Shown here: positions 55,570 through 64,000 of the stretch, piece by piece | Layout: each line of letters starts with the position of its first letter | Position numbering within the stretch: the first letter of the stretch is position 1 | IMG/VR virus record: IMGVR_UViG_3300044724_004793 | Location: 1 to 64,000 of that record | DNA: 64,000 nucleotides | Reading direction: 5' to 3' (one strand) | Origin: a virus | The notes under the pieces: model-generated | Database searches by the model: none | What the model was told of the DNA's origin: nothing | The model's input: only the letters and a program-made list of their open reading frames with translations | Made by a program: the position numbers and the translations under genes

Positions 55570-56643
55570 ATGGCTAAACCCTTTGACGTAAGTAAATTTC
55601 GCAAGGACATAACCAAATCAATTGATGGATTAAGTGTAGGATTTCATGATCCAACTGACTGGATCAGCACAGGTAATCATGCACTCAACTATCTTATTAG
55701 TGGCGACTTTTATAAAGGTGTACCTATGGGTAAGGTAACTGTGTTTGCTGGAGAATCAGGCGCAGGCAAAAGTTACTTTGCTAGTGCAAACATCGTAAAG
55801 AATGCACAAGAGCAAGACATCTTTGTTGTGCTTATTGACACTGAAAACGCACTAGACGAAGCCTGGTTACATGCACTGGGCGTAGATACAGATGAAAGCA
55901 AACTACTTAAATTAAGCATGAGCATGATTGATGATGTTGCAAAAACTATCAGCACGTTTATGAAAGACTACAAAGGTATGACTGAAGAAGATCGTCCCAA
56001 AGTATTGTTTGTAATTGATAGTTTGGGCATGATGCTCACACCAACAGATGTTGATCAGTTTGACAGAGGCGATATGAAAGGTGATCTAGGACGCAAGCCT
56101 AAAGCACTTACAGCTCTAGTGCGTAACACAGTTAACATGATTGGCAGTTATAATGTTGGTATGGTGTGTACTAATCACACTTATGCAAGTCAAGACATGT
56201 TTGATCCAGACGACAAGATTAGTGGCGGACAAGGATTTATCTATGCATCAAGTATTGTAGTTGCCATGCGTAAACTTAAACTAAAAGAAGACCTGGATGG
56301 TAATAAGACATCTGAGGTTAACGGTATCCGTGCAGCATGTAAGGTTATGAAGACCAGATACGCAAAACCTTTTGAAGGTGTACAGGTAAAAATTCCATAT
56401 GAAACAGGTATGGATCCTTATAGTGGATTGCTTGATATGTTTGAGAAAAAAGGATTGCTTACTAAACAGGGCAATCGTCTCAAGTATACTACAGCCGCTG
56501 GTGAAGAAATGCTAGAGTTCCGCAAGGGCTGGACAGCAGATAAGTTAGAAGTTATCATGTCTGATATTTCAAATGGTTTGCTAAATAATTCCACGGAGGA
56601 GTCTTCCGAAGAAGAGCAAGAATCCGAAACTATAGAGGACTAA
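55570..56643 (+). CDS. uvsX: RecA-like recombinase UvsX
   Basis: ISTGNHALN, GESGAGKS, IDTENA, VIDSLG, TNHTY, SGGQG and KTRYAKPF motifs; GGAG SD before ATG 55570. Confidence 0.95.
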   Translation: MAKPFDVSKFRKDITKSIDGLSVGFHDPTDWISTGNHALNYLISGDFYKGVPMGKVTVFAGESGAGKSYFASANIVKNAQEQDIFVVLIDTENALDEAWLHALGVDTDESKLLKLSMSMIDDVAKTISTFMKDYKGMTEEDRPKVLFVIDSLGMMLTPTDVDQFDRGDMKGDLGRKPKALTALVRNTVNMIGSYNVGMVCTNHTYASQDMFDPDDKISGGQGFIYASSIVVAMRKLKLKEDLDGNKTSEVNGIRAACKVMKTRYAKPFEGVQVKIPYETGMDPYSGLLDMFEKKGLLTKQGNRLKYTTAAGEEMLEFRKGWTADKLEVIMSDISNGLLNNSTEESSEEEQESETIED

Positions 56644-56644
56644 T

Positions 56645-56872
56645 ATGGAAGAGGATGAAATTTTAGTAGAATCCTGGCTAATCCTAAAAGAATATATTAA
56701 AGATAAACAGCAGGCCGCTGACCACTGGATTGGTGTAATGATCGATAATGGCATTGATGAAGACCAGTTAACAGCACTTGCTGCTGGAGATCGTTATCTA
56801 AAAACAGCAATTGAATATAATGGCGGACTAGAAGAAGACCCTTACTTGGACGAGGACGAATACGATTTTTAA
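56645..56872 (+). CDS. Small acidic hypothetical protein
   Basis: GAGG SD; follows uvsX. Confidence 0.7.
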   Translation: MEEDEILVESWLILKEYIKDKQQAADHWIGVMIDNGIDEDQLTALAAGDRYLKTAIEYNGGLEEDPYLDEDEYDF

Positions 56873-58114
56873 ATGTATTTCCCCTTAAAGCAAAAACCAG
56901 CATGCCAATTAAAGTGGACATGGAGCACTATTAGACTGTACGAAGGTTCTACTAGTAGCTGTCATCGTGTGGAAAAAGAGTTTATTACAGCAGACGATTT
57001 TGAAACGTTTCATAACACACCCCTAAAACTTGAAGACAGAACTAAAATGTTAGCAGGTGAATGGCCCGGGCGTGGTTGTGAATATTGTAAGCATATAGAA
57101 GATGCAGGCGGTACTAGTGATCGTATGCAACACTTATCTATTCCAGATCTTACTCCTGTAGAACTAGAAACAGATCTGTCAGCAATTGAAGTAACACCAA
57201 AAATTATAGAGGTATATTTTGATAATGTGTGTAACCTTAGTTGCTTGTATTGCTGGGACGGATTTAGTAGTAAGATACGTAGTGAGAATACCAAACACGG
57301 CAGATTTGAACAAAACGGTGTTGTAATTGACAATCGTGCACAGCTTGTTGATAATTTACCAGAGCTAACACAAAAGTTTTGGAAATATTTGGAAACACAC
57401 AGAAATGGTGTTAAACGTTTTCATTTCCTAGGTGGAGAACCATTTTATCAACGGCAGTTTGATTACGCACTAGAGTGGTTTGAAAAATATCCTTGTCCAC
57501 AACTAGAATTTAATATTGTAAGCAATTTAAATATCAAACACGAAAAATTTAAACATTATATTGCTAGTATTAAAGAGCTAGTAGACAACCAGTGTTTAGG
57601 TAGATTTGATTTAACTTGTAGTATAGACTGCCTGGGTGCAGAACAAGAGTATGTACGGTTTGGCTCAGACTTAGAACTAATAAAACAGAATTTTGAATAT
57701 GCTGTTAATGAGGATTGGATATATCTAAACTTTAATCAAACACTCTGCGGGCTAACAATGAAAACAAGTGCTGATCTTATCGATTATGTTAATACACTAC
57801 GCACAAAGAGACAAATCAATCATTATTTCAGTACAGTAGTAATGACTTACGAATTCCTCCATCCTAGAGTATTTGGGCAAGGATTTTTCGATACTGACTT
57901 TGAACAAATACTTGCAAACATGCCTAATGAAACAGATCAAGAAAAAACAGCAAAGCAATACATGTTAGGCATACAACAAGAGATTAACACACATGATATT
58001 AATAGAGAAGAGATAAAAAAACTTGGTGTATACTTAACTGAGTTAGACAGGCGCAGAAGCACTAACTGGCAGTCTACTTTTCCCTGGTTGACTAATCTAT
58101 TAGAAACTGTATAA
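56873..58114 (+). CDS. Radical SAM protein with an N-terminal twitch-like Cys domain
   Basis: CQLKW...SSCHR...GCEYC at the N-terminus; CNLSCLYC, GGEPF, SID, EYVRFG and LD.RR...W...FP motifs. Confidence 0.88.
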   Translation: MYFPLKQKPACQLKWTWSTIRLYEGSTSSCHRVEKEFITADDFETFHNTPLKLEDRTKMLAGEWPGRGCEYCKHIEDAGGTSDRMQHLSIPDLTPVELETDLSAIEVTPKIIEVYFDNVCNLSCLYCWDGFSSKIRSENTKHGRFEQNGVVIDNRAQLVDNLPELTQKFWKYLETHRNGVKRFHFLGGEPFYQRQFDYALEWFEKYPCPQLEFNIVSNLNIKHEKFKHYIASIKELVDNQCLGRFDLTCSIDCLGAEQEYVRFGSDLELIKQNFEYAVNEDWIYLNFNQTLCGLTMKTSADLIDYVNTLRTKRQINHYFSTVVMTYEFLHPRVFGQGFFDTDFEQILANMPNETDQEKTAKQYMLGIQQEINTHDINREEIKKLGVYLTELDRRRSTNWQSTFPWLTNLLETV

Positions 58115-58115
58115 T
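58088..58115 (+). promoter_or_regulatory. Sigma70-type promoter for uvsY (leaderless)
   Basis: GG-TTGACT-N16-TATAAT; ATG lies 6 nt downstream. Confidence 0.72.
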
Positions 58116-58121
58116 AGTAAT

Positions 58122-58580
58122 ATGGCAAACTGGTATACTATAGTATCTAACGATTTAAGTAAGATTCCAGACTTTATAGAGCACTTTGAAAACGAACTAG
58201 AAAGTGCACGTAAAGAGGTAAGTGTTCATGGTCTTGTAGAAAAAAGTATTAAAGAACTTCCAGCAAGCACAGAGATACGATTCGGCCAACTACAAGAGAT
58301 CGAAGCAGTACTTAATCATCTTAATATACTATTACGTAAGATAAGACGTAAACATTTTACCAAATATTTAGAAAGTTATCAACGTGCACTGAGTTCACGT
58401 GATGCAGAAAAGTACGTAGATGGTGAAGATGAAGTTGTAGACTTTGAGACTATTATTAACGAAGTGGCACTGATACGTAACAAGTGGCTAGGTGTCATGA
58501 AGGGTTTGGAAAGTAAAAACTTTATGCTTGGCCATATTGTTAGATTGCGTACAGCAGGGATGGAAGATGTCCAAGTTTAG
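58122..58580 (+). CDS. uvsY: Recombination mediator UvsY-like
   Basis: Helical; YLE.YQRALSSRDAEKYVDGE...GVMKGLESK...IVRLRTAG; lies near uvsX. Confidence 0.75.
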   Translation: MANWYTIVSNDLSKIPDFIEHFENELESARKEVSVHGLVEKSIKELPASTEIRFGQLQEIEAVLNHLNILLRKIRRKHFTKYLESYQRALSSRDAEKYVDGEDEVVDFETIINEVALIRNKWLGVMKGLESKNFMLGHIVRLRTAGMEDVQV

Positions 58581-59445
58581 TAATTTAACAGTAAGGTTAA
58601 GTAAGTCACAAAACTACTGCGAAACGTTGGATTTAACCTTTAAACTTGTTCCTAGTCTCTTTTTAGACAAGTGGATAGATAGATTTTTACACGCTCAACA
58701 AAGACAGGATCCAATTAGTGAGCCTTGGGCATTTTACAATCTTAATCAAGACTGGAATGAAGAGCGTGTAGTAGAGTTTATAAATGAAAAAATAGAATAC
58801 TGTAACAGTCGGGTCCCCAATATGTTTACCAAACAACTTACTAGCGTAAAGGACCAAGACTGTTTAAATTATATTCACAGTGTTTTTGAACTAGAGCATG
58901 GACAACTTGACAAGTGGCAAACTAACCCAAGAGTTGCAGATGCTAGTGTTAGAGATGCCCTTAGTCATATTAATCAAACAGTACACAGAGCAGAAAGTTT
59001 AGGACAAAATCCTCGTATAAGATGCGTTTGGTTTGATCTACCTAAGACAGAAAAATTTACCTCCCAGGACTACAAATTGTTTACAAACAAAGTAGATTTT
59101 GGAGGAGTTTATACATTATATGCAGATGTAGGGAAAAATGTAGAAAGTCTTTCTAGAGATAACGACGATCATCATCATGACTTTGTGCCCAACTTACATT
59201 ACAGTTCGGACTTTTTAATAACTTTTTATGATACAGACGGGGTAAAGCAAAAACAACTATATGATAATTATGTAAAGGCTAATACTAGTTACTTCACTAG
59301 CCTAGGATATGATGTTAATGATATAAGACTTACTACAGGACGTATTAAAATTGCCCAACTTGACTATAAAACAAAAGATGCTATACTAAAAAGTGTATCT
59401 GAATACAACAACATCCAGAGTGTAAACATCCATGGAATTATCTAA
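58567..59445 (+). CDS. Hypothetical protein
   Basis: LNYIHSVFE..HG...INQTVHRAE His/Glu motif (possible metal site); YADVGK motif. Confidence 0.7.
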   Translation: MSKFSNLTVRLSKSQNYCETLDLTFKLVPSLFLDKWIDRFLHAQQRQDPISEPWAFYNLNQDWNEERVVEFINEKIEYCNSRVPNMFTKQLTSVKDQDCLNYIHSVFELEHGQLDKWQTNPRVADASVRDALSHINQTVHRAESLGQNPRIRCVWFDLPKTEKFTSQDYKLFTNKVDFGGVYTLYADVGKNVESLSRDNDDHHHDFVPNLHYSSDFLITFYDTDGVKQKQLYDNYVKANTSYFTSLGYDVNDIRLTTGRIKIAQLDYKTKDAILKSVSEYNNIQSVNIHGII

Positions 59446-59755
59446 ATACGATACTGTTTATAATTTGCTGTTAGAAGTAGAGCAAAATCGCGAAAAGTTT
59501 ACTAAAGAACAACAAAGTTTTTTAAAGGCAATGCGAGAAAAAGAGGTAAGCAAAGCTGGTTGGAAACGTTATAGAGATTGTCAGGCATTGTTTAGTACTG
59601 CGGACGAGTATCTAAATGAAGCACATATAGAAGCACTTACAGCAGTTAAACGGCCAACAATAAAAAGTATTAATAAGATAATCCATAACCTAGAATTGTT
59701 TGATCAAACTTGGCAGAACGCTAGGCAGTGGGCATTAATAGGAGTTCTTAGTTAA
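59432..59755 (+). CDS. Hypothetical protein
   Basis: 107-aa ORF coupled to both neighbours. Confidence 0.6.
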   Translation: MELSKYDTVYNLLLEVEQNREKFTKEQQSFLKAMREKEVSKAGWKRYRDCQALFSTADEYLNEAHIEALTAVKRPTIKSINKIIHNLELFDQTWQNARQWALIGVLS

Positions 59756-60513
59756 TGTTTGCAAGCGCAGAAGAAAGTCACGCTCATAGTAGAGAAACAC
59801 TAGAGCGATTTGCAGATCATTTAGAGTTTATAAAAAGCATAAAAACAGTATGTGACATAGGTTCAGGTAAAGACCAGCTTGATATTAACTATTGGGCAAA
59901 CTTAACAGATCAAGATCCATCCAACCCTACGCCATTAAACATCAAATGCATTGCATTGGATAAACACCGTCCTCCTGATTTAACCCAGAAAAATGTAAGA
60001 CGTATTGGGCATGACTTTAATGTTGATCTTAGTGTTATAAACGATGAGTCTCAAGACATTGTTTGGTGTCACGACAGTCTACAATATGCATATTCACCAC
60101 TTAACATGTTGTTTGAAATTAATCGTATACTAGATCCAGCTGGTATGTTGTACTTGTATGTGCCTAGTACAGTTAATGTAAACTATGGGCATTTTGAGAG
60201 TTATTGCTATAGTAATCAATACTTTACATTTACTCTACCACAATTAATGTACTTTCTTGCAATTGCAGGATTTGATATAAAAGATGCATACTTTCGTAAG
60301 CCTAATTTAATTGATGGTATTGACTGCGTGGTATATAAAAATAGCAAGCCCCTAGATATGTCAACTAGTTGGGGAGATTTAGCAGACCTAGGTTTACTAA
60401 GTGAAAGTGCTATGGATATCGTAATGTCTAAAAATTACTTAACAGATCAAGGTTTATTAACCATGTGGTTAGATGCTACTATATATGACTATAGGCATAA
60501 TACTAGAGCTTAG
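59755..60513 (+). CDS. Class I SAM-dependent methyltransferase-like protein
   Basis: VCDIGSG (motif I), DIVWCHDSLQY and RILDPAGMLYL motifs. Confidence 0.8.
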   Translation: MFASAEESHAHSRETLERFADHLEFIKSIKTVCDIGSGKDQLDINYWANLTDQDPSNPTPLNIKCIALDKHRPPDLTQKNVRRIGHDFNVDLSVINDESQDIVWCHDSLQYAYSPLNMLFEINRILDPAGMLYLYVPSTVNVNYGHFESYCYSNQYFTFTLPQLMYFLAIAGFDIKDAYFRKPNLIDGIDCVVYKNSKPLDMSTSWGDLADLGLLSESAMDIVMSKNYLTDQGLLTMWLDATIYDYRHNTRA

Positions 60514-61360
60514 ATCGTATACGTAACCATTGCTGATCTATTTCGTCAGGCAACCATTCTATATTACACAAATCGATTAGCCACTCTTCTCGACGTGCAA
60601 ACATAGTCTCTTTATAACTGCTAGTCATTTCCCAAGCCAGGCTGTGTTTGCTTACTACAGCAGGTATGCCTTGTATAATACTGTTTACACCTGCATTACT
60701 ACAATAACTTACAGTAAGATTAGTTTCCTTCAGTTGATCTTCTAGGTCAAAACTGTCATAGGTTTGCTGTACTTTTTTAGCGATCTGCCATTCACACCCT
60801 TGGTCTTTATACCATTGCTCGTCTGCGATGGGAAAGTGTATGCGTTCTCTGTATCTAGGATGGGCTCTTAGCACAATAGGCTTATCACTAAACTCTCTTA
60901 TTTCTGTGACAGTTTCGTGGAAGTATGTATCCATATCAGGCATATCTTCCCATTGTAAACTATGAGCATGTTGTCCACACACTAGTATGTAAGGTTTGTC
61001 ATCTATCACCCACGGCTTAGTCTGAACACCCAGTTTCTTGACCCTGTCAGGATTTACACCCACTTCAAGTGCAAAGTCAGCATCACGATTAACACCATTG
61101 ATGCCCAGCTTCCAGGTACCATTGCGTATTAATCCGCCGACTTCTATCACTACGACTGGCTTACCTCGTGCACGGTAATGATCCCATACTCTCTTATTTC
61201 CACTCATCTTGCCAAACCACAGTACACTCCAAATAAGAGCAGCGTCAGCATCCATACTGTTCTCAACTAATTCGTCTGTGGATTTTATTGCGCTAAGTAG
61301 TTGTGGATATACCATATCCTTGTTACCCGGCAAGTTATTTGGAAAGTGAGCTATCTTCAT
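60503..61360 (-). CDS. Capsule-synthesis-like (KpsS/KpsC-type) GT-B glycosyltransferase
   Basis: VVVIEVG, ILVCGQ, IVLRAHPR and VSYCSNAGVNSIIQGIP motifs; ATG 61360 preferred. Confidence 0.7.
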   Translation of the reverse strand: MKIAHFPNNLPGNKDMVYPQLLSAIKSTDELVENSMDADAALIWSVLWFGKMSGNKRVWDHYRARGKPVVVIEVGGLIRNGTWKLGINGVNRDADFALEVGVNPDRVKKLGVQTKPWVIDDKPYILVCGQHAHSLQWEDMPDMDTYFHETVTEIREFSDKPIVLRAHPRYRERIHFPIADEQWYKDQGCEWQIAKKVQQTYDSFDLEDQLKETNLTVSYCSNAGVNSIIQGIPAVVSKHSLAWEMTSSYKETMFARREEWLIDLCNIEWLPDEIDQQWLRIRSKL

Positions 61361-61373
61361 GGTAAATAATAAT

Positions 61374-62264
61374 ATGCGTACATTATCAGTATTTAGTACA
61401 TGGCACAAGACCGGTTATAAGAAGTATGGAGATCACTTCATACAGGGTTTCCTACAAAACTGGCCTACTGAAGTAAAGTTAACGATATATGCAGAAGACC
61501 ATGAGCCCAACACATATAACGCTGACAACATAGAAGTATTGGACCAACGTAGCACATTGCCAGATCTTAAAGCATGGCAGGAGCGTCACAAAGATAATCC
61601 ACATGCTCACGGCTGGAACAAAGACAAGACAAAGAAAAGTTTCTTATGGGACGCAAGTCGCTTTGCAAATAAAACATTTGCACTCTGGCACTTTGCAAAA
61701 CATACTGAAGCAGACGTAATGATTTGGTGTGACGGCGATGTGCGTACACATACTCCAATGCCAGCAGAGTTTTTTCAAGAGATTGCTCCTAACGAAGATC
61801 AACTTACTACACACTTAGGACGTAAAACTTGGCCTGAGTGTGGCTGGATGATGTTTAACAGACACCATCCACAGTTTGCTGAGTTTATGGAACAGTGGCG
61901 ATGGATATATGAAAGTGATGATATCTTTAATCACGAAGAAAGTCATGATAGTTTTATATTTGGTGAACTGGTACAGGACTTTGCAGACGCAGGACATAGA
62001 GACTTAGGCGGCCCGGGCCAATCTGGTCATGTGTTTATCAACAGTGTACTAGGCAAGTATATGGATCACCTTAAAGGCTTTCGAAAGGAAGTGGGTAAGA
62101 GTTTGGTAGGAGATGTTTACGGTAATCGCAGTCAACACTTCGACACCAATCCATGGTGGCAGGATTTGAGACATGTAACTAAATCTCAAATACGCCAAGA
62201 AAAATTAAAGAACCCGCATGAATATGATGCGGAGCAACAAGTTAAATCAAAAGGAATAAAGTAA
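61374..62264 (+). CDS. GT-A (DxD) glycosyltransferase-like protein
   Basis: RFANKTFA, IWCDGD, ECGWM.FN, HDSFIF and YMDHLKG motifs; TAAATA 5 nt before the ATG. Confidence 0.75.
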   Translation: MRTLSVFSTWHKTGYKKYGDHFIQGFLQNWPTEVKLTIYAEDHEPNTYNADNIEVLDQRSTLPDLKAWQERHKDNPHAHGWNKDKTKKSFLWDASRFANKTFALWHFAKHTEADVMIWCDGDVRTHTPMPAEFFQEIAPNEDQLTTHLGRKTWPECGWMMFNRHHPQFAEFMEQWRWIYESDDIFNHEESHDSFIFGELVQDFADAGHRDLGGPGQSGHVFINSVLGKYMDHLKGFRKEVGKSLVGDVYGNRSQHFDTNPWWQDLRHVTKSQIRQEKLKNPHEYDAEQQVKSKGIK

Positions 62265-63688
62265 TGAGTTGGTATAATCCATCCACGTGGGGACACGATA
62301 TTGAAAATGCATACAATGATACCAAAGACGCTGTAAACAGTGCCACTGGATGGGTTGATGATAACATTGTTGAACCAACAGCACATTATGCTACTGATGC
62401 ATACAAAGACACAAGTAAAGCACTAACAGATGCTTACAACTATAGTTACAGTTTAGCAGCAAATCCACAGGCAACCGTTGCTACTGTAACACATAATGCT
62501 ACTGATTTAAGTAGTAACTTGTTACAAGAAGGCTGGAGCAGTTTACCAAAAGAATACCAGGATGGACTTAAGACAACTGAACACTACCTAGAAGAAGGTG
62601 CTGAAGCAGTTGTAAAGTATGGCACTGAAGCATATGAATGGGTTAGTGCTAATGCATGTAGCCTTGCACTTGGTAGCGCACTAAGCACAGGCGTTGTTCT
62701 TGCATTTACATATAAGGGACCGGAAGATCCAAACCAAGCAAGTATTTTTAGCATCAACGGCTTTGCACTGTCAGCAAAGGCAGCAGCGGCCAGTTTACCT
62801 AGCACTGGTGCTAGTATTGTTTTCTATGGTGCAGCCGCTAGTATTGCTTACTTTATTACTCCTGTAATTTATAACATTCCTGGCATCAAAGGACAAGTAA
62901 GCAAGGACTTGTTAAACAGTGTGATTACTACCAGCATTGCTAACAGTATGAGTGTGTACTGGATGCTGTGGAGTACACCAGAAACAGTTGGTGCTGCTAT
63001 TGCAAGTATTGTTATTCCTGTTGTTACAACATTGGTTTGTAATGGTATTGCACCCAAGCATTCAGGACTAACAAACCCAAGTGGTGTAAGTGGGACATTT
63101 AGCCACAACAGTGCAAAGCTCACAGTGCTAAACAGACAAATGATTGAGCAGCATAATTTCCAAACAAACAATGGACAGCATGTACCAGTTCATCGTGTAA
63201 CTAATGGCAATTATTGTAACTTCATGAATAACAACAGTTTGTGGCCAACAGACAATCGCGCTACCTGGGAAGGCAGTGTTAAGTTTAATATTCCGCTAGA
63301 AGGTTACTACACTATTGCTGTTGCATGTGACAACGAAGTAGAAGTTTATGTTGGCGACAACATGGCCTTGCACTGGAACAGATTTGACACAACATCACAA
63401 CTTGATGTTTGGTTCCCCAGAGGTGAAGGTGCTGTAAGTTGGAAAGCAAGTAACTATGGTGGCGCTGCAAGTGGTAAAAACCCAGCAGGCTTTAGTATCC
63501 TAATGGATAGCGTAATGGATAACAATGATATTAAAAGCGCACTGCGTGGGCAGGGCGACGCAACAAATCAAACCAATAGTTTGAAAACCAATCCACCTAG
63601 TGAGCCAAGTTCAGCATATGCTCCGCCTCCTCCGCCAGTGTTCACAACAATGCCTGTCAACCCAACGCCAATGGGGCCAATTAGCTAA
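62264..63688 (+). CDS. Multidomain protein: helical N-terminus, hydrophobic centre, PA14-like beta domain, Pro-rich tail
   Basis: Several hydrophobic segments; WEGSVKFNIPLEGYYTIAVACDNEVEVYVG resembles PA14/GLEYA. Confidence 0.55.
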   Translation: MSWYNPSTWGHDIENAYNDTKDAVNSATGWVDDNIVEPTAHYATDAYKDTSKALTDAYNYSYSLAANPQATVATVTHNATDLSSNLLQEGWSSLPKEYQDGLKTTEHYLEEGAEAVVKYGTEAYEWVSANACSLALGSALSTGVVLAFTYKGPEDPNQASIFSINGFALSAKAAAASLPSTGASIVFYGAAASIAYFITPVIYNIPGIKGQVSKDLLNSVITTSIANSMSVYWMLWSTPETVGAAIASIVIPVVTTLVCNGIAPKHSGLTNPSGVSGTFSHNSAKLTVLNRQMIEQHNFQTNNGQHVPVHRVTNGNYCNFMNNNSLWPTDNRATWEGSVKFNIPLEGYYTIAVACDNEVEVYVGDNMALHWNRFDTTSQLDVWFPRGEGAVSWKASNYGGAASGKNPAGFSILMDSVMDNNDIKSALRGQGDATNQTNSLKTNPPSEPSSAYAPPPPPVFTTMPVNPTPMGPIS

Positions 63689-64000
63689 TGAATGGCAAAA
63701 TAAGTGTACTACAAAATGTGAATACTGTATTCAAGCACCCATATCCACATGTATGTGTGGATGAGGCACTGCCCGATTACATTTACAAAGAACTTGCAGA
63801 AACATTTCCGCAAGAACTTGTATGTAGTACGCAGCCACATGATGGTGGCATAACCTATCGTTATAAATCGAACCCTGCACTAGTTGAAGGTAAGATCAGT
63901 AACATATGGAAAGAGTTTTTTGAGTATCATACAAGTGCTGATTACTTCAGAGAGTGTATAAACCTATTCGAGCCCTGGATTGAGGAACTTTATCCTCAAT
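63688..64000 (+). CDS. 5' part of a probable 2OG-Fe(II) oxygenase-like protein (truncated by the window edge)
   Basis: MNGKISVLQN...HPYPHVCVDEALPDYIYKELAETFP...WKEFFEYHTS; open to the window end; catalytic residues not in view. Confidence 0.55.
   Translation, partial: MNGKISVLQNVNTVFKHPYPHVCVDEALPDYIYKELAETFPQELVCSTQPHDGGITYRYKSNPALVEGKISNIWKEFFEYHTSADYFRECINLFEPWIEELYPQ

Noticed and set aside
50447-56643. Inteins or introns in terminase, SSB or UvsX
   Set aside because: Lengths and motif spacing are normal, with no splice motifs.
1-64000. tRNA, tmRNA or rRNA genes
   Set aside because: No cloverleaf or T-loop/CCA pattern seen by eye in any intergenic gap; tRNAscan and ARAGORN were not run.
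1-64000. Stop-codon reassignment, as in some large phages
   Set aside because: Core genes are full length in code 11, and TAA, TAG and TGA all end genes at expected positions.

Overview
This 64-kb window is from a large, AT-rich T4-like (myovirus) bacteriophage genome using the standard genetic code. It holds the recombination nuclease pair (gp47/gp46), baseplate-hub/tape-measure genes, the head module (portal gp20, protease gp21, scaffold gp22, major capsid gp23), a ~16-kb fibre/decoration cluster, neck, sheath and tube genes (gp13/14/15/18/19), gp4, the terminases (gp16/gp17), SSB gp32, UvsX and UvsY. Accessory enzymes are interspersed: radical SAM proteins, 2OG-Fe(II) oxygenase-like proteins, glycosyltransferases, a methyltransferase, a Nudix hydrolase and a Cu/Zn SOD. 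Late genes carry a (TA)TAAATA T4-type late promoter, and a few genes carry sigma70-type promoters. The most striking unexplained signals are: (1) a canonical -1 ribosomal frameshift cassette (slippery A_AAU_UUU_UUC, 5-nt spacer, perfect 10-bp stem) that would fuse the gp26-like hub chaperone to the next ORF, beside the tape-measure gene, like lambda G/GT; (2) a ~250-nt pseudoknotted non-coding element after a GIY-YIG nuclease gene, followed by origin-like repeats and hairpins; (3) a strand-specific GGC signal with 11-nt spacing, found both in that nuclease gene and in the SSB leader; (4) several proteins with T4 capsid-targeting-like N-termini, possibly including a virion-packaged Cu/Zn SOD. 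All calls come from motif recognition by eye; no searches or folding programs were run.
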